Source of the DNA: Limnothrix sp.
GTDB taxonomy: Bacteria > Cyanobacteriota > Cyanobacteriia > Cyanobacteriales > MRBY01
Assembly: GCA_044355355.1 (NCBI GenBank)
Contig: JBIKYI010000096.1
Location: 1-7,767 of the forward strand
Direction: 5' to 3'
Length of the DNA: 7,767 bases
Below the pieces are notes generated by a model. That model did not search any database. It saw nothing but the letters and a program-made list of their open reading frames with translations, and was not told the DNA's origin. Position numbers and translations under genes: made by a program. Shown here one piece after another: positions 1 through 5,790 of the stretch. The number at the start of each line of letters is the position of its first letter. Position 1 is the stretch's first letter.

Positions 1-79
1 ATTTCTTATTGTTTTACTTAACATCAGAATATCCTTATGAGTCCCTCTTCAGAAAGACCCTAGCTGTTGCACTTCAAAT

Positions 80-262
80 TTGAATTGGCGATCCTTTTTT
101 GATGAATGTTCTTTTTCAGGTGCAAATCTAACAGGAGTAGATCTGTCACATACTCGAATGTACTTATCTAATTGTTACAATGTGTTTATTGATCAAGACA
201 CAATTATTCCAGAGACAATTAAGCAAAGTTGTGTCGTTTATGAACCAATCATCTTGTCTTAG
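80..262 (+). CDS. small ORF with a pentapeptide-repeat-like segment (hypothetical; possibly a remnant of a pentapeptide-repeat protein)
   Basis: 60-codon ORF from TTG 80. The translation has about 5 consecutive 5-residue units fitting the A(D/N)LXX-type pattern (DECSF SGANL TGVDL SHTRM YLSNC). An in-frame stop lies at 38-40, so it cannot extend upstream. The region is AT-rich (about 35% GC), there is no ATG start and I saw no clear SD. Confidence 0.3.
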   Translation: MNWRSFFDECSFSGANLTGVDLSHTRMYLSNCYNVFIDQDTIIPETIKQSCVVYEPIILS

Positions 263-295
263 AAATTCATCAGAGATGGATAAGGTTAATTCGAT

Positions 296-925
296 TTAGT
301 GATGAATCCAATGACGTAGTTCTCGAATTAATGAATTTTCTCCTTGGTGACTACGTTTACCCAGAAGCTCTAAAAGTTTAGCTTGATTGAGAATGGGTAA
401 GACTATAGATTGAGTTTGAGCTTGATAAGCTTCACTTTCTAACACGTAGATAGAAAGCTGCTTTCCATCAAATCGCCATACTTCTTTAATTCCTAAACTC
501 GCGTAAATTTTTAACCGATCCAATGAACTACTGGTGATATCGATCTCGATCGCCAAATCTGGTGGCGGGTCAACCGTCAAATCAATCTGAGTTTTGCCCC
601 GCACCTGAGCTTCAGACGTAATGTAATAACACTCGTCCGGTTCCAAACCCCGTTGCAGATCCTCCCGACTCCAAGTCGTCGAACCCAAACTATAAATCTC
701 TAAGCCTAATTCCTCCGTCGTCGCCTCAACAATCCGCCCCAACAAACGCTTATTCGCCTCCTGTTCTGGTAACGGAGGCATAATCTCTAACCATTGATGG
801 TCATAAGTTAATCGCTTATTTGGCTTCTCCGCTAAATCCCACACCAGAGCCTGATAAGTTGACCAACTCACCCCTTGGAGTAGGACTTTCCCCTCACGAA
901 TTGGTATTGGCGTTGCGACCATCAC
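296..925 (-). CDS. Uma2 family (DUF820) PD-(D/E)xK putative endonuclease
   Basis: 209-codon ORF. The translation carries the family core ...PPDLAIEIDITSSSLDRLKIYASLGIKEVWRFD... and the N-terminal ...VSWSTYQALV...LTYDHQWLEIMPP... segment typical of this cyanobacteria-expanded family. The GTG at 925 is followed immediately by ATG (920-922), so either could be the start. A GAGG lies 6-9 nt upstream on the minus strand. Confidence 0.9.
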   Translation of the reverse strand: MMVATPIPIREGKVLLQGVSWSTYQALVWDLAEKPNKRLTYDHQWLEIMPPLPEQEANKRLLGRIVEATTEELGLEIYSLGSTTWSREDLQRGLEPDECYYITSEAQVRGKTQIDLTVDPPPDLAIEIDITSSSLDRLKIYASLGIKEVWRFDGKQLSIYVLESEAYQAQTQSIVLPILNQAKLLELLGKRSHQGENSLIRELRHWIHH

Positions 926-984
926 CCCTGACCTCAGTTCCTTTTGTCCCTATGATACTCACACCAACATTTCAAAGATGCAGG

Positions 985-992
985 GCGATCGC
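985..992. repeat. HIP1 palindrome GCGATCGC
   Basis: exact octamer (extended GGCGATCGCC), intergenic. Confidence 0.95.
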
Positions 993-1119
993 CATCGGGC
1001 ATCATCCACTTTACCTATGGCATTGATTTAAAGCTCAAACTCTTTTGTTGCCATATGTACGTTTTTTTGCAGTCACCCATGTTAACTTTAATGAATACTC
1101 TGATAGATACTCTTTCTTG

Positions 1120-1127
1120 GCGATCGC
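1120..1127. repeat. HIP1 palindrome GCGATCGC
   Basis: exact octamer (GGCGATCGCC), intergenic. Confidence 0.95.
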
Positions 1128-1219
1128 CTAAATCTCTAGAACGCTCTTGAGGCAAGGGATTGGGAAAAGTATATTGTTCGGTTGTTTCTGGTTTTACTTA
1201 TCTTTGCGGGAGTGGGGAT

Positions 1220-2128
1220 ATGAATTTGACGAATGCAAATTGGCAAAAGACGGCGTTGAGTTGGGAATATCATAAGGCTGCAAATCCGCGTTTATCAGAG
1301 GTTCCCATCCGAGCTTTTCCGGCTAGTCTCCATGAGTCGGGGGAAACGAGAATTATTCCTCTGGATCTCTCGGTGGAGTTGGAAACTGCCTATGCTGCCA
1401 CCACTCCTAATTTGTTGGCTAATTTTATTCGCATTCAGACGGGGGAAAAGATCGCGGCGATCGCCCCAGCTAGTTCCGAGGTGTTCTATGTCATGCGAGG
1501 CTCCGGCTACACCGAGACGGAATATGGCACTTTAGCCTGGAAAAAGGGCGATTCCTTTACCCTACCGATGAATTCCGGTGTCACCCACCATGCCGATGAA
1601 GATGCGGCGCTCTATTGGGTACATGATGCGCCCATGTTGGCGTACTTGGGAGTGAAGCCCACGGCTCCTCGCTTTGAACCGGCTTTTTATTCTGGGGAAT
1701 ATCTCACGGGTGAAATTGAGCGCATTCGGGAGGAGGGCATTCGGCGCAATCTCAACCGTAATGGCGTAATTCTCGGTAACCCCAACAGTGAGGCAACCCG
1801 CACGGCAACCCATACCATGTGGTCTTTGTATAATCTTGTGCCGCCCCATTCTTCCCAGAAGCCCCACCGCCATAATTCGATCGCCCTAGATTTGGCTGTA
1901 TCGGCGAAGGAGAATACCTACACGCTCATCGGTAAGTCGGTCGATGGGGAGGGTAATATTATTAACCCGATCAAAATGAGTTGGGAACCCAATAGCGTTT
2001 TCGTTACGCCGCCGAGTCTCTGGCATTCCCACCATAATGAGTCCGATGAAGATGCCTATGTGTTTCCGGTGCAGGATGCGGGGATGCAGATCTATATGCG
2101 TACTTTGGATATTCAGTTTGCGAAATAG
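1220..2128 (+). CDS. bicupin metalloprotein (cupin superfamily, gentisate-dioxygenase-like metal motif in the C-terminal barrel)
   Basis: ATG at 1220 is preceded by GGAG (1209-1212) at 7-nt spacing. The ORF-track TTG at 1160 adds 20 Cys/Phe-rich residues with no SD. Two cupin-like halves are visible. The C-terminal half has HRHNSIALDL...G...WHSHHN (His-x-His plus a distal His). The N-terminal half (SSEVFYVMRGSG...GDSFTLP) lacks the His ligands. The exact substrate or activity is not inferable. Confidence 0.85.
   Translation: MNLTNANWQKTALSWEYHKAANPRLSEVPIRAFPASLHESGETRIIPLDLSVELETAYAATTPNLLANFIRIQTGEKIAAIAPASSEVFYVMRGSGYTETEYGTLAWKKGDSFTLPMNSGVTHHADEDAALYWVHDAPMLAYLGVKPTAPRFEPAFYSGEYLTGEIERIREEGIRRNLNRNGVILGNPNSEATRTATHTMWSLYNLVPPHSSQKPHRHNSIALDLAVSAKENTYTLIGKSVDGEGNIINPIKMSWEPNSVFVTPPSLWHSHHNESDEDAYVFPVQDAGMQIYMRTLDIQFAK
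1457..1464. repeat. HIP1 palindrome GCGATCGC
   Basis: exact octamer inside the bicupin CDS. Confidence 0.95.
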
Positions 2129-2164
2129 GTGCCAAGTCGCTTCTCCTTCACAGCGTGATTTGAG

Positions 2165-2172
2165 GCGATCGC
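2165..2172. repeat. HIP1 palindrome GCGATCGC
   Basis: exact octamer (GGCGATCGCC), 37 nt after the bicupin stop. Confidence 0.95.
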
Positions 2173-2296
2173 CGATATTTGATCCAGAAATGAAGACTCA
2201 AGTACTGACTTTTAGTACGCACCTTTAACAACGGTTGCAGCGTCAATTCATTGTTGATCAAACGCAGACGATCACCATCATAAAATTACCTGAAGT

Positions 2297-2366
2297 GGGA
2301 TTAAATCATTACATTTTTAAGTATGTCTAAGGCATGTTTAAAGATTAGTCATTTAATCCCTTTTTT
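2297..2366 (+). terminator. long AT-rich hairpin followed by T6 (candidate intrinsic terminator or 3' end of a small RNA)
   Basis: GGGATTAAAT (2297-2306) pairs perfectly with ATTTAATCCC (2351-2360). Four further pairs form after one C-C mismatch. The loop region is about 36-44 nt, and TTTTTTG follows directly at 2361-2367. A 10-bp perfect inverted repeat is unlikely by chance in a 600-bp gap. The stem is AT-rich and the loop is large, so terminator function is uncertain. Confidence 0.35.
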
Positions 2367-2398
2367 GTGTGGGTTCAACCGACAATTCTGTCAAAATC

Positions 2399-2447
2399 GC
2401 TTTTTGTTTCAAGTTTTTTGCAAGTTTGTAAAGTTTTTCAGGTTTTT
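2399..2447 (+). promoter_or_regulatory. phased T-tracts / triple AAGTTT motif (candidate intrinsically curved DNA or regulator sites)
   Basis: T-runs start at 2401, 2414, 2425, 2434 and 2443 (spacing 13, 11, 9, 9). AAGTTT occurs at 2411, 2422 and 2431. The element lies about 290-340 nt upstream of ATG 2737. Confidence 0.2.
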
Positions 2448-2463
2448 GAATTGAGATCATCAA

Positions 2464-2471
2464 GCGATCGC
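2464..2471. repeat. HIP1 palindrome GCGATCGC
   Basis: exact octamer, intergenic. Confidence 0.95.
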
Positions 2472-2670
2472 CCAATAGTATCCAGAGATTGATTCGATAT
2501 TTAACAGATATTGCATAAGTATTAAACAAAGATTTCGTCTTTCTTCATCTAGCCACCCAGGATCAAAAAGTCAGCATACAATGCCAGTAAAGGCATTCTG
2601 ACTGGCAGTTAATAATGTAAAAAGCATCACCTTGGGCGTAGGGTCGGTCTTCCGTCGTCCCCAAGCATCG

Positions 2671-2678
2671 GCGATCGC
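2671..2678. repeat. HIP1 palindrome GCGATCGC
   Basis: exact octamer (GGCGATCGCC), leader of the nucleotidyltransferase gene. Confidence 0.95.
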
Positions 2679-2736
2679 CAATCCCATTAACGCCGCCAGC
2701 AAGCTTGGTTCACAAAGCAAGAGAATTTTTATTTTT

Positions 2737-5277
2737 ATGCGTGCAGTACTGATGGCGGGTGGTTCCGGGACAAGATTACGTCCGCTGACCTGTGATTTGC
2801 CGAAACCCATGGTTCCCGTCTTGAACCGACCGATTGCAGAGCATATTATTAATCTTCTCAAACGCCACCACATCACCGAAGTTATTGCCACCCTCCACTA
2901 TGTCCCCGATGCCATGCGGGATTACTTCCAAGACGGTCGAGATTTTGGCATCAAAATGCACTACGCCATCGAAGAAGAGCAACCCCTCGGCACCGCAGGC
3001 TGCGTCAAAAATGTCGAAGAACTCCTCACCGATACCTTCCTCGTGATCAGTGGCGATAGTATCACCGATTTTGACCTCTCGGCGGCGATCGCCTTCCACC
3101 GCGAAAAACAAGCCAAAGCCACCCTCGTCCTCACCCGCGTGCCCAACCCTGTCGAATTTGGTGTCGTCATCACCGACGAAGATCACCGCATCTGCCGCTT
3201 CCTCGAAAAACCCTCCACCAGCGAAATCTTCTCCGATACCGTCAATACCGGAACCTACATCCTCGAACCAGAAGTCCTGCAATACCTACCCGTTAACGAA
3301 GAAAGCGACTTTTCCAAAGACCTATTCCCCCTCCTCCTTGAGCGGGGCGAACCCATGTTTGGCTACATTGCCGAAGGCTATTGGTGCGATGTCGGTCACC
3401 TCGATGCCTACCGCAAAGCCCAATACGATGCCCTCGCCCGTAAAGTCAAAGTCGAATATGCCTACGAAGAGCGATCGCCCAACATTTGGATCGGCAAAAA
3501 TACCTTTATCGACGACACCGCCGAACTCCACCCCCCACTCCTGATCGGCGATAACTGTCGCATCGGAGCCTACGTCCGCATCGAACCCGGCACCGTCATC
3601 GGCGATAACGTCACCATCGGCGCCTATGCCGACCTCAAACGCCCCATCATCTGGAACGGCGTAACCCTCGGCGAAGAAGCCCACCTCAGAGGCTGCACCA
3701 TCGTCCGGGGCAGCAGAATCGATCGCCGCGCCCACATCCTCGAAGGAGCCGTCATCGGTAGCCTATCCACCGTCGAAGAAGAAGCCCAGATCGGCACAGG
3801 CGTAAGAGTTTGGCCGAACAAACGCGTCGAAGCCGGAGCCATCCTCAACATGAATCTCATCTGGGGAAACACCGCCCAACGCAACCTCTTCGGACAACGT
3901 GGTGTATCCGGACTCGCCAACATCGACATCACCCCAGAATTTGCCGTCAAACTCGGCGCATCCTACGGCGCAACCCTCCGCATCGGTTCCTCAGTAATCG
4001 TCTCCCGCGATCAGCGGAGCGTCTCCCGCATGGTCAGCCGTTCCCTCATTGCCGGCTTAATGTCCGCAGGCATCAACATCCAAAACCTACAAGCCACAGC
4101 CATTCCCATCGCCCGAACCATGGCAACAACTCTTGATGTCGAAGGCGGCATCCATGTCCGTCTGCACCCTGAGCGCCAGGATCACCTCCTCATCGAATTT
4201 ATCGATGCCCAAGGCATTAATATCTCCAAAGCCAAAGAGAAAAAAATTGAAGGCGCTTACTTCAAGGAAGAATTACGCCGCGTCCCCATCAACGAAATTG
4301 GCGATATGTCCGTCCCGGCTCAGGTCGTCGAAGGTTACAGCCAAAGATTTGAGCAATATCTCAACGTTGGGGCGCTCACCAACAGCGGCTCTAAGGTGGT
4401 CATTGATTATGCCTATGCTGTTGCTAATGCGGTTTTACCTCGCCTGTTGTCTAAATTCGATTGTGATGCGATCGTCCTCAATGCCAGTTTGAAACAAACC
4501 TCCCTAGTGGGTCAGGAAAAGGAATTACTGCTGCTGCAACTGGGTCATGTGGTGGAAGCATTACGCGCCAGTATGGGGGTACAGGTGTCAGCCAATGGGG
4601 AACAATTAACCCTGGTTGATGAGACTGGGCAGGCAATCCAAGGGGAACAACTCACGGCTTTAATGGTGAATATTTTGCTCACGGCAAATCCCCGGCGAGC
4701 GGTCGTTGTGCCTGTTTATGCCTCTAGTGCGGTGGAGCAGATTGCCCGTCGCCATGATGGTCAGGTCATTAGAACAAAGGCTAATCCGACGGCATTGATG
4801 GAGGCTTCCCGCAACCATCCAAATGTGGTGTTGGGGGGCAGTGGGGATATGGGTTTCATTTTCCCGGAGCTACATCCTGGGTTTGATGCGATGTTCACGA
4901 TCGCCAAGTTGATCGAAATGCTGACGATTCAGGAGCGATCGCTGGGACAGATTCGTGAGGAGTTACCGACGGTACACCACAAATCTCACACCATGCGCTG
5001 TCCTTGGCGGGTCAAGGGTTCTCTGATGCGTCACCTTGTGGAGATCCATAATAATGACCACATTGAATTGATTGATGGGGTCAAGATTATCGATCCGCTG
5101 TCTGATAATTGGGTGTTGATCCTCCCGGATGCGGGGGAACCGCTCATTCATATTTTCGTGAACAGCAATAGCCATGAATGGGCAGAACGCAATCTTTGGG
5201 AATATCGCCAACGGGTGCAAACGTTTATCTCCCAACATCAAAATGGGACTATTTCGGAGTTTGATGATCGGCTGTAG
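2737..5277 (+). CDS. sugar-1-phosphate nucleotidyltransferase (mannose-1-phosphate guanylyltransferase-like) fused to a left-handed beta-helix and a phosphohexomutase (PGM/PMM)-like C-terminal module
   Basis: 846 codons from ATG 2737. The N-terminus MRAVLMAGGSGTRLRPLT...LPKPMVPV is the nucleotidyltransferase G-loop. Hexapeptide repeats (IGDNCRIGAYVRIEPGTVIGDNVTIGAYADL...) span about 3544-3850. The C-terminal ~450 aa align by eye to alpha-D-phosphohexomutase domains I-IV. The architecture matches my recollection of ~840-aa cyanobacterial proteins annotated as mannose-1-phosphate guanylyltransferase. The ORF-track start at 2632 (TTG) adds 35 residues ahead of the G-loop and is unlikely. Confidence 0.9.
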   Translation: MRAVLMAGGSGTRLRPLTCDLPKPMVPVLNRPIAEHIINLLKRHHITEVIATLHYVPDAMRDYFQDGRDFGIKMHYAIEEEQPLGTAGCVKNVEELLTDTFLVISGDSITDFDLSAAIAFHREKQAKATLVLTRVPNPVEFGVVITDEDHRICRFLEKPSTSEIFSDTVNTGTYILEPEVLQYLPVNEESDFSKDLFPLLLERGEPMFGYIAEGYWCDVGHLDAYRKAQYDALARKVKVEYAYEERSPNIWIGKNTFIDDTAELHPPLLIGDNCRIGAYVRIEPGTVIGDNVTIGAYADLKRPIIWNGVTLGEEAHLRGCTIVRGSRIDRRAHILEGAVIGSLSTVEEEAQIGTGVRVWPNKRVEAGAILNMNLIWGNTAQRNLFGQRGVSGLANIDITPEFAVKLGASYGATLRIGSSVIVSRDQRSVSRMVSRSLIAGLMSAGINIQNLQATAIPIARTMATTLDVEGGIHVRLHPERQDHLLIEFIDAQGINISKAKEKKIEGAYFKEELRRVPINEIGDMSVPAQVVEGYSQRFEQYLNVGALTNSGSKVVIDYAYAVANAVLPRLLSKFDCDAIVLNASLKQTSLVGQEKELLLLQLGHVVEALRASMGVQVSANGEQLTLVDETGQAIQGEQLTALMVNILLTANPRRAVVVPVYASSAVEQIARRHDGQVIRTKANPTALMEASRNHPNVVLGGSGDMGFIFPELHPGFDAMFTIAKLIEMLTIQERSLGQIREELPTVHHKSHTMRCPWRVKGSLMRHLVEIHNNDHIELIDGVKIIDPLSDNWVLILPDAGEPLIHIFVNSNSHEWAERNLWEYRQRVQTFISQHQNGTISEFDDRL
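3085..3092. repeat. HIP1 palindrome GCGATCGC
   Basis: exact octamer inside CDS 2737-5277. Confidence 0.95.
3471..3478. repeat. HIP1 palindrome GCGATCGC
   Basis: exact octamer inside CDS 2737-5277. Confidence 0.95.
4935..4942. repeat. HIP1 palindrome GCGATCGC
   Basis: exact octamer inside CDS 2737-5277. Confidence 0.95.
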
Positions 5278-5279
5278 GG

Positions 5280-5287
5280 GCGATCGC
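5280..5287. repeat. HIP1 palindrome GCGATCGC
   Basis: exact octamer (GGCGATCGCC), 3 nt after stop 5277. Confidence 0.95.
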
Positions 5288-5319
5288 CTGTCGTTTAATC
5301 TCCCTCGAAAAATCCGTTG

Positions 5320-5325
5320 CATAAT
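5320..5325 (+). promoter_or_regulatory. candidate -10 hexamer CATAAT upstream of the 127-codon ORF
   Basis: CATAAT matches TATAAT at 5/6 positions and ends 30 nt upstream of ATG 5356, with no good -35. I saw no terminator between the stop at 5277 and 5356, so co-transcription with the upstream gene is equally possible. Confidence 0.2.
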
Positions 5326-5355
5326 AGTGTTAATCCGCCGTTTTGACGAAAAGAT

Positions 5356-5739
5356 ATGGATCCGATCACTTTGTTAGTTGCCGTCCTCGGAATTTATGGA
5401 TCTGGAATTGTCGCGAAGGCGGGGGAAGATACTTTTGATCACTGTCGCCAGTTGTTAACGGCTAAACTCAAGGGTTCGGCTACGGGTCAGGCTTTGGCGG
5501 CGGGAACGGAGATTGATCCAGAACAGGCGGTGATTGATGTGGAGGCGATCGCCCTTGATCCAGAAGTGCAAGTTCTTACGGAAAAAATCCAGCAATTGAT
5601 CGCCCAAAATGAGGATTTACAACGGCAATTCAATGAGGCGATTCGGCAACAACCGCAGGTAATTCATAAAAATTGGCAGGGGATTAATGCGGAGACGGGC
5701 AGCAATGTCACGGTTCATAATCCGACGTTTAACTTTTGA
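5356..5739 (+). CDS. hypothetical 127-aa protein: N-terminal hydrophobic Gly-rich helix, acidic repeat, coiled-coil-like helix, N/Q/G/T-rich tail (candidate effector/partner of the downstream NLR-like NTPase)
   Basis: ATG 5356 is the first possible start, since an in-frame TGA lies at 5344. Visible segments are ITLLVAVLGIYGSGIVA (aa 4-20), IDPEQAVIDVEAIA/LDPEVQVLTEKIQQ (a 14-aa repeat), EKIQQLIAQNEDLQRQFNEAIRQQ, and the tail NWQGINAETGSNVTVHNPTFNF. G-rich codon style matches the 5' part of the downstream gene. I recognise no family. Confidence 0.65.
   Translation: MDPITLLVAVLGIYGSGIVAKAGEDTFDHCRQLLTAKLKGSATGQALAAGTEIDPEQAVIDVEAIALDPEVQVLTEKIQQLIAQNEDLQRQFNEAIRQQPQVIHKNWQGINAETGSNVTVHNPTFNF
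5545..5552. repeat. HIP1 palindrome GCGATCGC
   Basis: exact octamer inside the 127-codon ORF; it is the last HIP1 in the window. Confidence 0.95.
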
Positions 5740-5790
5740 CTACAGTCGTCTGAATCGGTAGCGCGGACAAAGTTAGAGGCTCCGAATAAT

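Larger units (their letters stand above)
926..1219. promoter_or_regulatory. divergent intergenic region that must hold the promoters of the Uma2 gene (-) and the bicupin gene (+)
   Basis: The two genes face away from each other across 294 bp. The region contains two HIP1 palindromes (985, 1120) and AT-rich stretches. I could not place a convincing -35/-10 pair by eye. Confidence 0.4.

Noticed and set aside
1-83. Frame-3 reading frame open from the window edge to TGA 81-83, overlapping the TTG 80 start (TTGA overlap); could be the 3' end of an upstream gene or a frameshifted front half of the pentapeptide-like ORF
   Set aside because: Only 27 codons are visible (FLLFYLTSEYPYESLFRKTLAVALQI), with no motif and no pentapeptide periodicity. 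It cannot be supported from this window.
820-1026. 68-aa ORF overlapping the 5' end of the Uma2 gene on the opposite strand
   Set aside because: It overlaps a confidently called gene and the intergenic promoter region. Its translation is Pro/Leu-rich with no motif and no SD.
1160-1219. 20-codon extension of the bicupin ORF from TTG 1160
   Set aside because: ATG 1220 has a GGAG at ideal spacing. The extension is Cys/Phe/Gly-rich with no SD.
1332-1873. ORFs 1332-1535(+) and 1562-1873(-) inside the bicupin gene
   Set aside because: They overlap a CDS with clear cupin motifs, and their own translations are Arg/Pro/Leu-rich without motifs.
2138-2155. Small hairpin CGCT-loop(TCTCCTTCAC)-AGCG just after the bicupin stop; the CU-rich loop vaguely recalls the cyanobacterial Yfr1 sRNA motif
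   Set aside because: It has only a 4-bp stem and no T-run. The loop does not match the Yfr1 core as I remember it. The evidence is too weak.
2037-2228. 63-aa ORF overlapping the 3' end of the bicupin gene; similarly 2571-2891(-), 4963-5322(-) and 5174-5377(+)
   Set aside because: All overlap well-supported CDSs or span HIP1-containing spacers. None shows motifs or plausible starts.
2323-2454. 43-codon ORF (MSKACLKISHLIPFLCGFNRQFCQNRFLFQVFCKFVKFFRFLN) in the long intergenic gap
   Set aside because: The Phe/Cys/Lys richness comes directly from the T-tracts. There is no SD, and the ORF spans the hairpin arm and T-run, so it is most likely non-coding.
2632-2736. 35-codon N-terminal extension of the 881-aa ORF from TTG 2632
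   Set aside because: Nucleotidyltransferases place the GGxGTRLxPLT loop within the first ~15 residues. ATG 2737 gives exactly that. The extension contains a HIP1 site and looks non-coding.
2776-4492. Six long alternative-frame ORFs on both strands inside the nucleotidyltransferase gene (2776-3282-, 2834-3046+, 2961-3173-, 3050-3544+, 3322-3735-, 3624-3950-, 3810-4136+, 4133-4492+)
   Set aside because: All fall within the C3-rich block, where off-frame stop codons are rare. Their translations are low-complexity (P/S/T/R-rich or G/D/E/F-rich) and show no motifs. The frame-1 product has unambiguous enzyme motifs. They are shadow ORFs.
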